Below, piece after piece: positions 50,261 to 64,000 of a stretch of DNA of 64,000 nt. The stretch is from NCBI GenBank assembly GCA_036172245.1, contig JAYWIR010000046.1, positions 806,001-870,000 of the forward strand. The letters are read 5' to 3'. This DNA comes from Raillietiella orientalis. Its lineage: Eukaryota. The notes beneath the pieces were generated by a model that saw nothing but the letters and a program-made list of their open reading frames with translations, ran no database searches and was not told the origin of the DNA. Within the stretch, counting starts at the first letter, position 1; each line of letters begins with the position of its first letter. The position numbers and the translations under genes are program-made.

Positions 50261-53200
50261 GTGAGTTTCCCCAAGGGGGCGTCCGAGGCTTGGGCGTCGC
50301 GGGAAGCGCAGAGGGCGGCCTTCAGAGAAGAATCAGGAACCCCGCTCGAGGCGGTTCCGTCACGCGTCAGGCAAAGGCGTTCGGTTGCTGGGCGATGGAG
50401 AGATTCACGGGACGGCAGCCGGTTAGAAAACGGGACTCGGGTAGTTCCGCACTCCTTGCCGCCGCAGCCACAACCGCGGTCGTCACGAAGACCGGCGATT
50501 AGCCGCACAAAAGAATGGCCGCTGGGGAAAACTCGGGCGCAAAGCGTCCCGTCGTCGCGGAAGCGAGTTGGCAGGTCCGGGCTCGTAATCAAGGGTCAGC
50601 CTGCCACGGGGATTGGCGCTCACTCCTGGAGCTGCTGCGTCTTTCTGCAATGTCGTGTCCGCTTTCCCGAAGAGGCGTCCTTTCCTCCTGGGGATCGCCC
50701 AGATTCCAGCGTCCAGTAGCAGTCTTGTCGGTGAGACTGTCCCGGCGTGCCGCTGGCTGCTTCTCGCAAGCTGGCTAACAAGACTCCGTTCTCTCGAGCG
50801 ATGTCGCTGGGGCTCAAGAAACGAACAAAATCGATTAGCTCCAGAGTATCCAAAGGTTTTTTGGAGCACAGTGGGCTTTTTGTCCGCTTGACCATGAGCG
50901 CTTCTTGGGAAGTCCTCCGACTCGGTCCTCCGGCTTAGTTTCCTGCTTGTTTGACATGCAGAGCTCTTCCACCCTGTCTAGAGGAATCCTTAACTAGGAG
51001 AAATCTGGATTCCATTTGAGAGCGCCTCCTACCACCGTATCGTAGAACCGTAGCGCATGAAGAAATCTGGCTGACTGGATTCCGCTTCGAGTCTTAAAGT
51101 TCGAATGAGACATCATCCAAAAGCTTTGCATCATTTTGGAAGAGTCCAGTTGGAGACTGCACGTTCGGATATGCAATCTTGTTCCTTTATCTTCTAGGAT
51201 TCTTGAAGCTTTTAGGACGTGTAGGGAATCTCAGCCGTGTCACTGCTGAGATCGATGAGCTCCAATCCATCATTTCACTTCTCTGTTGATGGAGCAGAAT
51301 GGATTTCTGAATAGCTTCAGCAGGGAAAGTATCTGCAAGGGAGTTCTCTGCTTCACGCGTGGCAGTTCCTAGAATACAGGCACCTTAAAAGCGAAGAGAT
51401 CCGAATCTGAGATGCTGGAACACGGACGATGTCAGACGTTGCCAAGAGACTACTGCATCTTGATCTCCTTTTCCCGACCGTGGCGATGCGTTCTATCACA
51501 TCACGGAAGTTTGAGACTGCGATTTCCTAACAGTAAACCCAGTTCGTGCATCTCGTGGGACACTGAGCATGATGTCATCGCGCAACTCTCTCGTTCTTTG
51601 GAGAGGCATTTCGTTTTTGTCTCCAGCAAAGGTTTCTGGAAAAACGAGGTCCGACCGCAGCTGGGGAACAGTTGGATCCGCCTCCAAGTTTCCCGATTTG
51701 CAAAAGCATATTACTTCTCTTCGATCTAAAATAATTTCTGATACTTCTATATCACTCGCACTTGACCAGAACCATCCAGTAACCGCTCTGATATCTCTTT
51801 CCTTCCATCTTCATTCCCTTCTCTGGACCCAACTTGGAAAATTTGCTGGTTTTCTGTTTCGCTGCTCCTTATACCTCTTGAGATTGTTCCTGGGCAGATC
51901 TCTCCGTCTCAGGCGATTTCGTTGCCTGATATTCTTGCGAGGGAACTTGATGTTCTAGCGGAGTGCTCAGCATCGGTGTTACTCATACTACTTCGATGCC
52001 GTCGACTGTCTCTTTTGACCATATGTTCCTATCGGATCGACTGTTCAAAATTCCCTGCTTTATCGATTATTCCACAGAAACGCCTTCGTGTTCTTTCATC
52101 CTTCTTCCTGGATTGCTGTACTGAGTTAGCTCTTCGTTTGTTTTCAGCTTTAAGCATAGGCTGAGTTCACCAAGAACTTTTTTTCTACTCCTTGTTCTTC
52201 ATCGAGCCTTTGATCCACTTCCTTCATGAATAAAAATCCCCATCTTCCTTCTCTGGACCTCATGCTGTCCAATTGACTTCAACGGCTAGAAAATATTCTC
52301 AATAGCATTAGGAGTTCCTCTGGAAGCTCGGTGCTAGTCAGGAGGTCGGCTTGTTTCATGCAATGGACCCAAAATGGCCGATGCCTGATGAATCGGTTAG
52401 TAAAACCGAGTGCATTTCCGTTAGTCGAGTTTACTCAGCAACATTCATCTACGCTCTTTCCCGAAAGTGGTACTTCCTGACCTTTTTATGTGAGCCTCTA
52501 CCTGGAGTTTTCTAGACGGATTGCTCTCGTAAATTCCATTTACATCAGTCAACATTGGTATTTGGGGTCTCTGAACCACTCTTCGCTTTGGTGTCTTCTG
52601 AGTCCGTGATTGGCTGGTTTAATTGAATTCTTATGATCTTCAGTCTCATCCGAGTTTTCCCCTTCCCAGTAAATAAATTTAAATAAATTGAAAGAGTCAG
52701 ACTCGGAACGGTCTGCGTTTCCTCCTGCAGAAATCATCATTCATTCCCTGGTACAAAGAATAGGAAACAGCTCTGCATGACGCCCCGACAAGTTCGCTTT
52801 ACCAGGCGTGCTTTCCGTTCGATTCGTTGACTTCAGCTGGGAGGAAGAGTCATTCTCCATTCCCAAATCTTCTCGGTTAGTGCGGGAGTGATTGCTAGTT
52901 CCGCGCGCAAGAAACCTCGTCAGCTCAGTTTCGTTTCCTGTTCTTCCGCACTTGATGGAAGCAGGGAGGCAGCTTGACGTTATGGCAGCTTGGAACGAAA
53001 CGCCCCATGCACTTTCAAGGTCAATTCTTTGAATGGCTGCTCACGAGGACTCTCAGTCCAAGAAAGGCAGCGACAGCGAAACATGACTCTCGGAGGATTT
53101 TAGGACTCCTGTTCCTAAAAAGGCAACCAAGGAAACTGCTTGGTTTCGAGGTTTTCGCTGATCGTTGTTAAGTGATAGCGTTGCTGCCTGAGCACTTCGA

Positions 53201-54811
53201 CCTGCACAAACGCACTTCCGGATATCGATATAGAATCCGGCTTATTGATGCCCAGATGAATTCATAGCGTGTGGGGTCCTTCACAACTCAGCCAACCACG
53301 GACTCTTTGCGGCAGCGCGCTCGTCCATCCCGGTAGTCTGCTACCCCTCTACTCCTCGCTGTTGCCACCAGGGCATGGCTCAAAGGGCGAGCGCTTTTCA
53401 AGAAAACCTCGTGTCAAGAGCGCTCTGGCAGTGAGTTTCTCGAGCCTGAGGCAGAGTGGTTTCTGAATAGCTTCAGGAGTCCCTTCTTCAGTTCTGAGGT
53501 TGAGGAAGTGCTGTGCTCCGCAGGGTTTCGAGGCGATTTTTCTCCCAGTGCGCCTGATTGCCATCACCCCTCGCAGTTAGATTAATGGGCACACACACGA
53601 CTCAGAGGGTTCCGGTTCTGCCCAGCCGATCACGTCCCAAAAAGATCGTTTCCGACCTCGCGGTGGTGCGCTTTTTCCTGTCTTCCAGGCTTGCGTGTGT
53701 GCATTCTGCCTATGAGGACAGAACAGGTGCACGAAATCTCCTCCATTCTTTTTTTCCGAATGCAGATGCCCGCCACTCTTCTCCTTGATCTGAAAGTATG
53801 GCATTGATTTGCCGCTGCGTGCACCGACTGCACGTCTAGGCCCAACAACTCCCTTTGCTTCGCTTTTGCATGAAATGAGCTAAGAAGCAAGCGATCGTCG
53901 TTCTTGGCTGGCGGATAGAAAGAATCTCTTGACCCCTCTTACTGATTCGGGAAGAGAAGGGGGAAATTTTCCTGGTTACTAAAATCCCAACTTCAAGGTT
54001 GAGCTGGCTGCCTGAGAAAAAGAAGACAACAATAGAAGCCAAGGTCAAACTGAGCTGAGCATTGTCCAAGTCCAGAGGGGGGTAAAAAAAAAAAAAAACA
54101 AGGAACATGGAGCACAAAAAAACATGAGCACTGTCCAGAACAAAAAAACACTGATTTTGGGAGGAAAGGTCAGTCACTGCTTTGACCAGTCTCGCGTGCA
54201 CGCGTGTGTAAACGAAAGGTGGCGTTTTCATCATTTGGTTACCCTCACTTGAACAGTTACGGATGAGCGTTCAAGAGGACTTTCGGATGCCTCGTTAGAG
54301 ATCGTCTCTCTTCCATAAACAGTTACGGAGATTTCTTGAAGTCTAAATGAAGAGGGTGGTTGGAAGAAGAGAAAGAGCTTGAAATCAAAACAGTTTCACA
54401 TTATAAGCGTCTCAGGAACGATCTGTAGAAGAAAAGACAAAAAATTGGTAACTAAACCACATTCCTTCTTTATCATGTGACAGTTCAGAGGAAAAGAGAG
54501 TGCTTGAAAAGGTGTGGGCAAGCGATTGAAAGGATCGAATTTTTACTTCTTTTTCATACATGTTTCTGCTGAACTTCGGGGTTAATGCAAAGAATCAGTG
54601 ACAATCAGCTTTTGGCTCATTGGTATCAGTAGCTGAGCATCTTCACTCCAGCTTGAGCGTTTCATGGACTCATTTCTTTCCACCTCGATTGGCTGATAGT
54701 TGAGTGGTTTGCTTGAGCCCCTAACCGGTTCACGGCAAATACCCGCAAAAGTGGCAATCGAGGAAAGATAAGAAACTCCATCAGCCTGCAGACGGAAGTG
54801 GCTATTGGTCT

Positions 54812-54854
54812 TCACATTGACCTTTCGAAGCTTGGATTCGAAAGGTCAATGTGA
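54812..54854. repeat. Perfect 18-bp inverted repeat with a 7-nt loop
   Basis: TCACATTGACCTTTCGAA-GCTTGGA-TTCGAAAGGTCAATGTGA. Confidence 0.9.
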
Positions 54855-57800
54855 CGGGTCTCGTTGTCTCGTTGTCTCCACATGCCTCTTGTCTCGTTGC
54901 GTGGAAACGAAGGGTCCTTTCCTGAGTGTGAAACCGAGGTATAGAGACACTCTCCAAAGCGAGAGCAAACACCAGTATCAGAGAGCAGCTCAGACGAATG
55001 CAGACATGGATGACGAAAGCACTGAACTGGCCATCTTGCAAAGCCTTTGATTTCGCTTGGCCGCCTGCTCGCGGCCCTAGCGATCGGCATGCAAGAAGAT
55101 GCATCTGGACATTTCATCTTCATCAAGAATTGCCGCAAAGAGCCAGACACGTCACCATCTCGGTGCCATCCTAGACATTACAAGCCACACAAGAACCTTA
55201 CAGGTGACCAGCTGACTTGATCTGTTGCACTGATGAGCACACCCGACTTTCAGAGGTGTCAAAGTTCACAGTGCGAATCAAACAGGGGAAGCACGAAGGA
55301 GACTGAGTAATAAGGAACGCATCGGAAAACCTCCCTCTCCGCATTGATGCACACCGGAAAAAGAAGAAAGGACTAGTGCTTTCGAGAGTGCTGGATAGAG
55401 TCCAATTTCTTGAGTAAAATCTGGGAAAAGGCGTGTGTCTTCCCCCAATTTCGTGTGCATTGAAAACCTGGGAACATGGAAGTTTTGGATTTTCCGTTGC
55501 AACAGTTTTCCAGAAATGAAGTTGTGGTGTTGGTCAAGGAGCGACTCCAGAAGCTTTGGCTTGAAACCAAAGCTTTTGGAGTCGTTTAGGTACGATGGAT
55601 TGGAACATCGCCTGGATGGCGAGTAAAGGGAGAGAAATGGCGCACCAGCCCGGCTTTGCTCGAATCCGTCTTGTCTCTCGCAGCAGCTACGAGGAAGACG
55701 CACGGGACTCAGCAGCAACGTTTTTCCGAGTGGGTCGTCAAGATCTCCGTCCTGCCAAAGGGGTAGAATTCGAGCACAGTACCTGAGTGATGCGTCCGTG
55801 CAGTTTGTGCAGGTCGTGAGCCCCGTGTTGCCTTCTCATCTTCAGAAGAGATCGGTCGAGAGTCTTTGCAAACCCTGGATTACTTCCATAGGTGGAACCT
55901 GAACTCTGTGAGGATCATGATCCCCTCCTACTCGTCTGGTTCCCCTTCGGCTCTCACGACACCCAGTCAACGATGCGCCCAAATCGAATGCTCCCTGCTC
56001 TTCGGAGGTTCCCTTTGCTCTTCCCTTTTTTTCTTCCTTCCGTTGCTGGAGCTGCCGCTCGGTTTACAGAGTGAGACGTGCTCGACGAGCGGTAGATCGG
56101 TTCGACAACTGGAGTCATTTCCACCAGGAAGGGCGAAGGTTCCAGTGTGCGCGCACACGCAGACACCGAATCTCACGGAAATTTTGAGCAGCTGAAAGGT
56201 GCGGTGGCTCTAAGACGAGATGATGCAAGCGTTCTTTTGGGGGAGGCTCCTCTGCTGGCTTTTCAGCGACCTGCCATTCTCTCTCAGGTTTTTCATTATA
56301 GAACTCGGAAAGTGCAACTCGAAAGAAGGGGGGGTGGTGAATGAAAGTGAAAATGAAGAGCTTGTAGTTGCTCACGGAGAAGAATTCGTTGAAAGTGACT
56401 CGCGCTTGTCTTCGGCGAGTCAAAAAAGATCTTGGCTGCGCACTGCGGAAGACTTTTTTTTTTTTTTTTACCTCTGAACATAAGTACTTCTTGGCGAAAA
56501 GCTGCAGTTCCTCGAAGCCTTGAAGCCGATTTGACCTGAGGCCCGTCGACTCCATTTTCAAGCCTCCTGAGCAGAAGTCGGGAAAGCACGAGGCGTGGAA
56601 GGATCCTGCAACGTAGCCCTTTCAAATGCCTAGCAAAGGCTGCCCGAAGGCATTACTGAAATGAGTTTTCTGGTTCGGATGCTGGACTGTCTCTAGCTAT
56701 CGCATTTGAGGACCACCCGGGAAAATTTATCCTGCAGAAAAATTAGAATAGAAGCAATTGATTAGTCGTCAGGAATGCTCACGGAATTTATTGGACGCTT
56801 CACGAAGAGATTCAAGCATTCCACTTCAAGAGTAGAATATGGAGAAAAGAGCAGATTCTGGGGAATGCGATGCATGCTAACGCTTTTGGTCTAGATCTTT
56901 CAAGACCCGTCGGCTACTTCGGTATGCGCTTCCGGCGTGGAAGAGCAACTTTTCAATCGCATCAAGTGAGCCGCTTTGAAAAATTCATGGGAAAAAATCC
57001 CGGAGCGAGCACCTTGTCTCTTCATTCCCTGATCTCCATAAGTCGGCTGTCTTCCTTCTGGTACTTGTGATCTCACAAAAAAGGTTCCCATCTTCCTTGG
57101 TTGAGCTCGCGAGGCAGCCTGCATCGGATTTTTGGAAGTAGCGTCTCTTCCGCCGCAGGCCCTCGGAACTTCATCGGATCCAGGCGGTCGCAGGTGACCG
57201 CGAAGCCACAAACTCACGCCTACGTTCCTCCCAAATCAAATGGTGCGCGCGACCTCAATCTCAAGTGCTCGTGAGTTCCATACCTTTGCGAACACGAAAA
57301 ACGGGGAAGCGCACGCGCGTAGAATTCAATGCCTGACTGCCGGTGCTGGTGCGTCCCAATGCGATGCCATCGGCGAAACCTCCAGTGCTCCGCGATGGCT
57401 GGACAATGACGTGCAGACTCCAGCAAAGCTCGCCATTCGACCTCGACCAGCCGGGGAATGATAGAGACCGGTGGAAACATTTAGTAGCTATTCCATGAGC
57501 TGAATATCACTTTCGCGGAACATGAGCGCTCTTGGACATGAACCGCTTCGATTGCTGCTGGGCTAACCCGATGAAAAGCGAGATGATTCGCGAACTATCT
57601 CCATAAATCAAACTCCCGAGCCTGCGAGCTGGTTATCAATTGGATTTCTATTATACCGCGAAAACGCTTCTAATTTTCGAGGAGGAACCTAATCTCCGAG
57701 ATCCACGTGTTCGGATTGGCGACTCTTTCATCCATGGTAGTCATTAAGGAGGAAACCGAACCCCGAAGACGACCCCCATCAAGACACGTATAATCAGGTG

Positions 57801-58666
57801 AATTCATTTCCTTGCGCACACAGAATGCTAAGATTTTCGGTAATGAATCGATCGCGGCTTCCAAGGAAACTATCCATCATCATTACGTATCTGCATAGGA
57901 ATTTGCGAGTCTTTACAAACAGAGGTGATTTTTCATGCACTTAGCAGCGTAATTTGAAACCTGCAAAAAAAAGCAAAAAAAAAAAACAAAAACAAAATGG
58001 AGATTAATCCAAGCAGGACAATCGGCAAGCAGCATTTTGCTGTATTCCATCGATCCTTGACCCTTACGGATGGATTGTGTTCGGGAAACAGCGCAGCCGA
58101 TTTCAGGAAGCCAGGGGAAGCCAAGAGCTCGCAAACACATGCGAGTAGATGAATTGGGTGATCTGGCCGGCCACATCTCGGCGCCACGTGCTTCGCCGGG
58201 TGCTCTCTGCCCCGAAAGAGCAGGTGCTTTTCGTTTCGAAGCCCGCGTGGGTTGCGCCTCCTCGTCTTCGAGCTCCGGTTTGCTTTCAGCGCCTCATTCC
58301 TTCGCTGCCCAGTCCTTCGCGTCCTAGTTCCGTTCATCCGCGCTGTAAAACTGCTCAACCTTTGTATCGTCTGAAATTTAAAAGCTGGAGCCCCACCCGA
58401 ATTGCGAGAGAACGAAGGAACAGGAGTTCGAGCAAGAGTTCCCTAAAAGCACCTGGGGATGTTTCCTCCTCGAGATCATGGCTCCAGAACATTATCAGAC
58501 CCTTCCTGCCAGCTGCGCGCAAATTTCTCTCCCGAAATGCAGTCGGCATTCCCAGATCTGCAGTTGCGCTTCCGATGTTTCGCCCCTACTCCCACCAATT
58601 CAAAATGCCGAGCGGCCATGCTTCGTAAAAAAGCGCGTCAGTATGAAATGGAGCTGATGCGGAGGA

Positions 58667-60385
58667 TGGTTGCTCTTCGCATATCAGTATTTACTGCGAA
58701 CACCTCGAAAACTGAGGAACTACTTTGCAATGAGGAGGAATACTCGCTATCCAGAATGAAAATCTGAGAAACTTCGGTTTGTACGTCTTCACAGTTCGTG
58801 AAAAAGTACAAACCGGCAGAATGCGTTCCTCACGGGTTTGCTCGAAGCATTGGGCGATACTTGACAAGGTGATCACAGCATCCGGAAGTTCCCGGATCTT
58901 AATACCGCGCCAAATGAAGAGAAAGACTGTCACGCCTCGAATGGAACAGCGTGGCACCAAAAGCGTAGGACCCACTCTTCACTGATTAAAGTCCACAGTA
59001 CTGGGGCAGCATCTACTTATTTAGAGCCTTTGGTTTTGTTGCGAGAACCGCTCGATCCTGTTTTCCGAGACATCTGAATCTAAATGAGACTATTCAAAGC
59101 TCATTCTGGATGAGGAAACACGGCAGCACACAGAGCTTGCCGAAGCTGTTTAGATGTGTGATTTCGTCAATTCTGTCACTTTTTCAACCAAAGGACGGCC
59201 TTGCATCCTTTCGTTTCAACTCTGCTCTATCGTCATGGCACCTTCTCGGAGATGCCACTCTTCCATCATCAGTGCATTCCGAGTCCAATAAGCTTTGCTC
59301 CCTCGAAATCCTTTCGCATCCAGGAGATACAAAAACGACTCCGGCACTGGGAAGTCCCCCGTCTGTCTGCAGCCTATGTATGTTGCGTTAACGGTGTTGC
59401 TGAATGCGCTGGACTGACGTCATGCAGCAGCACACTTGTAATGGCGGAGGTCCTCTTGCTTTCGTGTCCACTTGTTCTTGCGCTGATGCCGCTTTAGAAA
59501 GAAAATTTACATGCGAACCTGGACAGTCAAGTCATGCCATGTGGAAAACCTTCATGCGTCAACGTGACCTTGTAGGCAGCGGGAGAAGCGCAGAGTAATC
59601 TACAGGAACATGGACGGAGGTGCGGACACGATTTGATTATTGAGAAAGTACAAAATATCCAGTGCTCGGAGAGCTTCTCCTGAAGATCAATGCAACCAGA
59701 ATCGGAGAGAGGTGGTTGTGGCTCTTTCGCGCACGACCCCGACGTGGTGTGCTCTCGTGCTTTTCTCACGTGCTCTTCGCCGATCTTTCGATTCCTGGAG
59801 CGAAGGACGGGAACAGAAACGCGGATCCTGACCCGAGGGTTTTGTGCGGGCGTAGAGAATCCGAATTCCGCTCGGCGATTTCCCTTTCGACGATCCAAAC
59901 GAGGGAAGCCTTGGGAAGCTCGACTCTTGGTAGCGGCGGCAAGCGGAAACCTTTCGAGCTCAGATGAGCCAGCAATGTTGCCGGTCGCCTGTCACTGCGG
60001 GCAATTGGAATCTTCAACGAAACCTCGGTCCCAATTATCGAAAGTAGAAATTGATTCTTCTGGGGTAATGAACTCTGAGTTTGGTTGAGACCCGAAAGCG
60101 GAAAGCGCGCAACACTTGCGGATGTGCCGGACAGGATTGGAGGAAAAAAAACACAATAAACAAAAAAAGAGCTCGTCTTCATCCGAACAGGTGGTCATAC
60201 GAGAGAAGAACGTATAAGGAAATACCAGATTTATTGCTTACTGCAGTGAATGGTTATGTGATGCAAGAAACTGAGCAAAATTTCTCAGATTTCTGTTCTG
60301 GATAGCGAGTGTTCCTCCTCGTTGCAAAGTAGTTCCTCGGTTTTCGAGATTTTCGCAGTAAATACTGAAACGTGAAAAGCAACCA
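58667..60385. repeat. Pair of 105-bp inverted repeats (58667-58771 and 60281-60385)
   Basis: Ungapped alignment by hand with about 12 mismatches over 105 bp. Confidence 0.85.
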
Positions 60386-63300
60386 CACATGCTTGGGTGG
60401 GAACGCCTAAGCTTGGCTTCCGTGACTCGGCACAGCAGTCTTTCCATCGAGAGCTTGCTAAGCGTTCGCATACCCGCGTGCTTTTAGAAAAGTTGGTTCC
60501 CACTTCCAAAACTGGAGCCTTCGAGGGAGAATTTTTGTGCTTCGTAAATCGGATAAATCCTTCGCGGGGGCCTAGAGCACCTCAGAAGCAATAGCGTTTT
60601 ACCATAGTCAGCAAAATAAACGACGTCGCTGTTTTTCCAGAGGTACTTTGTGAACTTCATCTATAAAGAGCTTTAGGTATTCCAAATGTATGGAAGAGAA
60701 GAATGGAAGCAAAAAAAAAAAGTCATTATCTCAAGGAAAGGGAGGCAGAGAGGAAACAGAACGTCTATTTTCGGAAGACAAAACTGCGAGCAGAAAAAGG
60801 TGCGAAATGTGGAAATCCAGCCATTCGGAAACAAACGGATGAAAGTGAGAGGAGCAGAAACGCAAGGGCTGACAGATTTCGTCAGTGACCAAGGATTCTC
60901 TTCGTCAAATCTAACAAAAACAACCAGGGTGTTTTCAAGTGAAGGCGAGCAACTCCTAGAGGTGCCGGTCAACAGTTGCGATGTATTAAGAGCCTGCTTT
61001 ACAGCTTGCCGCCACTTCAACCCGAGAATAATACACAGTGGCAATGTCCACTTGAAGCTACTCGTGCGCGAATCCATTGATCAGGTTCGCAATGTTGGCT
61101 GAGATGAATGAGGAGCCTTTTGAAGTGAAGTCTTCGTATTCATCAAGTGTGGAAAATGGGAAGCTGTGAAGAATTTCGTAATCCTATGGTCACTTCACTT
61201 CCATGCTACTGCCTGTAGCTGATAGATGCACATGTAAAACGGTGGATATATCCATAGGTAGAGCCTTCAAGTTTTGGCAGTTTCCAACAAGCCAATGATT
61301 CTTCCTGCTATATTTTCTTCCTGTTCGAGTTGGTTCCTGTCACATCACTGGGAAATCAAAGTAATGAGACGGGAATACCCCTAGGACACACACGAGACGA
61401 GTTTCGGAGCCTTTCTGCTTCCCCCCACCGTGTCTTTCGAACTTCCTTTTCATGCGCTACATCCGTCTTCCCGATGTTCCGTTCCTTCTTCACCGTGAAG
61501 TCATGCTGAAGCATTCTTTTCCTTCCTATGGTTGTTATTATTAGCTGTTATTTTAAATAGGGTTGATCTTCGGCAGAACCATGTTGTGACCACTTTGTAA
61601 TTTCTGCCTTTGTCAGGTTTACGCGAGGGCAGTCCCTGACGTATCGTTCCTCGATGTTTGATTACAATCTACGGTAATCAATCTCCCAGTTGACAAAAGA
61701 TTACTTAGATGAGTTAGGATGCAAATCTGGGGAGGTGAATCCATTGCGCATAACTCATTCCAAGTGAGCTTTCTGGTGGTGAGCAAAACAGTCCCAGAAG
61801 AGAGGAGTTCGAACACTTCTCTTTATGACGCAAGCACTCCTTGGCGAGCGAGGTTCCTGTGGTTGTCCTCCTCAATTCCTCTGCCTTAAAAAGTACTTTG
61901 CACAGAGAATGAAGGAGTTGAATCACCTAGTTTGTTAGCCCCCACTCGGAGTCAGCCCTCGTAATGGCAAGCCAGAGGGAACTGACCAAGAGAGGGTCCT
62001 CATTCTGCCTCGCACTACGGAGTTCACTTTCGTTTACGTTAAGTCTTGCGTGCATGTATCACCTCCCATGTGGTCTCGTGGTTTTGGATTCTTCGTCTTC
62101 GTTCTGTTATGAGGATGAAACACATCTTCAGATTTCCGCTGATCTCAGGAACCGGATGCATTTGCTGACCGCTGCACGCCCCAGCTGATTTGAGTTCCGA
62201 AATGTTTCCATCTGGAACAAACTCGTTCCCTCCAGCGCTTTCCACAAACGCTCCTGCGCTTCTGAAGGCTTTCCAGTATGTCATTCTTTAGTGTCTTCGT
62301 AGTTTTTTCATTTTTGTTTCACCGGACAATTATCTGATCCTGCATTTTCTTGCTATTTGCACTTCGTGGCGCCCCACGACACGCATACCTGGATTACCTG
62401 GATGGTGCTGAGATCCAGAACTGGCACATCATCGGAATCTGAGGCTCCATCATTGTTTCTGATGAGGAAAATGCTCGTGGAATCATTGTCCAAGTGCTGA
62501 GCAAATTTGAAGCTGACAACAAAGAATCAGAAAATGGAAGGTGTATCACCTGCTGACCAGCTAGGACAGATTCAGAATTTGAGAAACCCTCCGTTGCCAA
62601 GTTCTTTGACTTGCTTCTTTAGAGCTGAGTAGAGTGGTGCACAATGTGATTCTGTGATCGCAAGATGGGATACTCGGATAGGAAAAAAAACAGGTTAGGG
62701 AAAATGCTTCAGCTAGTAGGTAAAGCAGTCCCATCACCTGCTTGTTCCCCACATTCTCGTAATGGGGAGCACTCAGGGGAACAAGAATTTTGTGCAATCT
62801 TATGATTTGGTCTTGTCGCGTGCACATGTGCACAGGCTAACGTCAGGTCAAGTGATTAAGGTTTCGGAACATCACTGAGAGCGTCGTAGTTTCCCCCTTC
62901 CGTGCGGCGTAGGGAAAGCGAATCGGAAAATGCAATCAGGCGGGTTTCGAACGCTTGGGGTGTTTTTCCAGAATTGATCCATTGTCCGAGTACGAAACGA
63001 GATGAATGCAGTGGAAGTGATGGTTAGGCAGATAATGAGCCAATTCTTCTAGGCAAATATCGCTGTTTTTTTCAGGGGTGGCGGTATCGCATCGATGATT
63101 TATATCCCGAGCATCCGGTTCGCTCAGTAAGAAGCGCTGTTTTGTTTTGTTTTGCTGGCACGTTCAATGATTTCAGAAATTTCTTCTTCGATCTCTACGC
63201 TAGCCAAGAAAATTTCTTCGAAGTGCCATGAGTTTTACCTTCCTAATCTCGACTCTGCAGCTTTCTCGCGTTCGATTTCTTCGAGCATGTTATCCAGGAA

Positions 63301-64000
63301 GTCTATTCCGTTTCGAGATCGTCTCCTCTGGAACACTGGGCGGGAGAAACAAGGGACTCGTGCGCAAAAGGAAGATGGCATAATACCTGCCCTGAATGTA
63401 AGGAATCGTATCTTGGCTTACAAGCGCTTTCTGTGGAACCCAGCTGACGAACTAAGGCTTTGTTTTGCTTTTGCATCTTTTGCTTGATACTCTTCTTTAG
63501 CCATGCTTAAAATTGTTTGAATACGGAGATGTAGCTTTGAGCGCATAGTCGAAACCTGTCGTATATCGTCGGCGTGTCTTCACCAAGAACGCATTAGCAA
63601 TTAAAATTCGAAACAACAACATTCACCAGTGCAGGGGATGGCGAAGATGTGCGTGAGATGCCACAGTACAGTCAAGAAAATATATGCATCTCTTCCGTCA
63701 CAGGAAGAACATAAAAGTGCACAGAATTCCCAGCCGGTTGGGATGATGAATTCTTCAATCCGTTACTCAGCCTGATGTGTTACTTGTGTTCTTTTTGGTT
63801 CACTACATCGGTGTTTGCACCAGCTGTCGTTGTCTCGCCGCATCGTTTCCGTGAACCATCTTCACGTCACCTGAAATGCAGGAGAATTCAAGCACTGAAC
63901 GTGTATGTGCAAGAATGTTTCTTTTCGTGCATCCGAGCATTTGCGGTGTTTTTATCCGGTACCAGGGTGATAAATGGCGGTGTACGTTGCAAGCGGAGAT

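Noticed and set aside
51400..52350. Decayed LINE endonuclease on the minus strand
   Set aside because: Only a purine skew and one weak motif (VNSAYA); not enough support.
55225..55277. miRNA- or SECIS-like hairpin
   Set aside because: Bulged, modest stem with no match to a family I recognise.
63950..63975. Seventh copy of the retrotransposon 3' hairpin
   Set aside because: Imperfect (CCGGTACCAGGGTGATAAAT), with no AATAAA and no element sequence upstream.
1..64000. CRISPR arrays, tRNAs or prokaryotic systems
   Set aside because: None seen; the locus is intron-containing eukaryotic DNA.

Overview
This is eukaryotic, animal-like genomic DNA with many 40-50 nt introns; the taxon cannot be fixed from the sequence. 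Host genes reconstructed by hand: (1) the first two exons of a PPP1R42/LRRC67-like LRR gene (minus, runs off the window start); (2) a complete ALG14 followed 41 bp later by a complete ESCO/Eco1 cohesin acetyltransferase (both minus, operon-like); (3) a second, diverged copy of ALG14 exon 1 at 30.4 kb, head-to-head with an uncharacterised 7-exon gene (plus); (4) a 1.7-kb S/R-rich exon at 48.5 kb, downstream of an ~8-kb very GC/CpG-rich domain. Between the two ALG14 first exons lies a nested cluster of L1/Tx1-like non-LTR retrotransposons, plus NeSL/Utopia-like and Penelope-like remnants. The L1/Tx1-like copies share a 3' end of AATAAA followed by a CCCGG-loop-CCGGG hairpin, with no poly(A). The most unusual element is a 1.23-kb insertion at 3568-4801. 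It consists of the 28S rRNA 3' end, ~1 kb of spacer-like sequence and an A-rich tail, flanked by a perfect 14-bp target-site duplication, and is either a retroposed Pol I transcript or a SINE28-like element. All homology calls come from motif recognition, not database searches.
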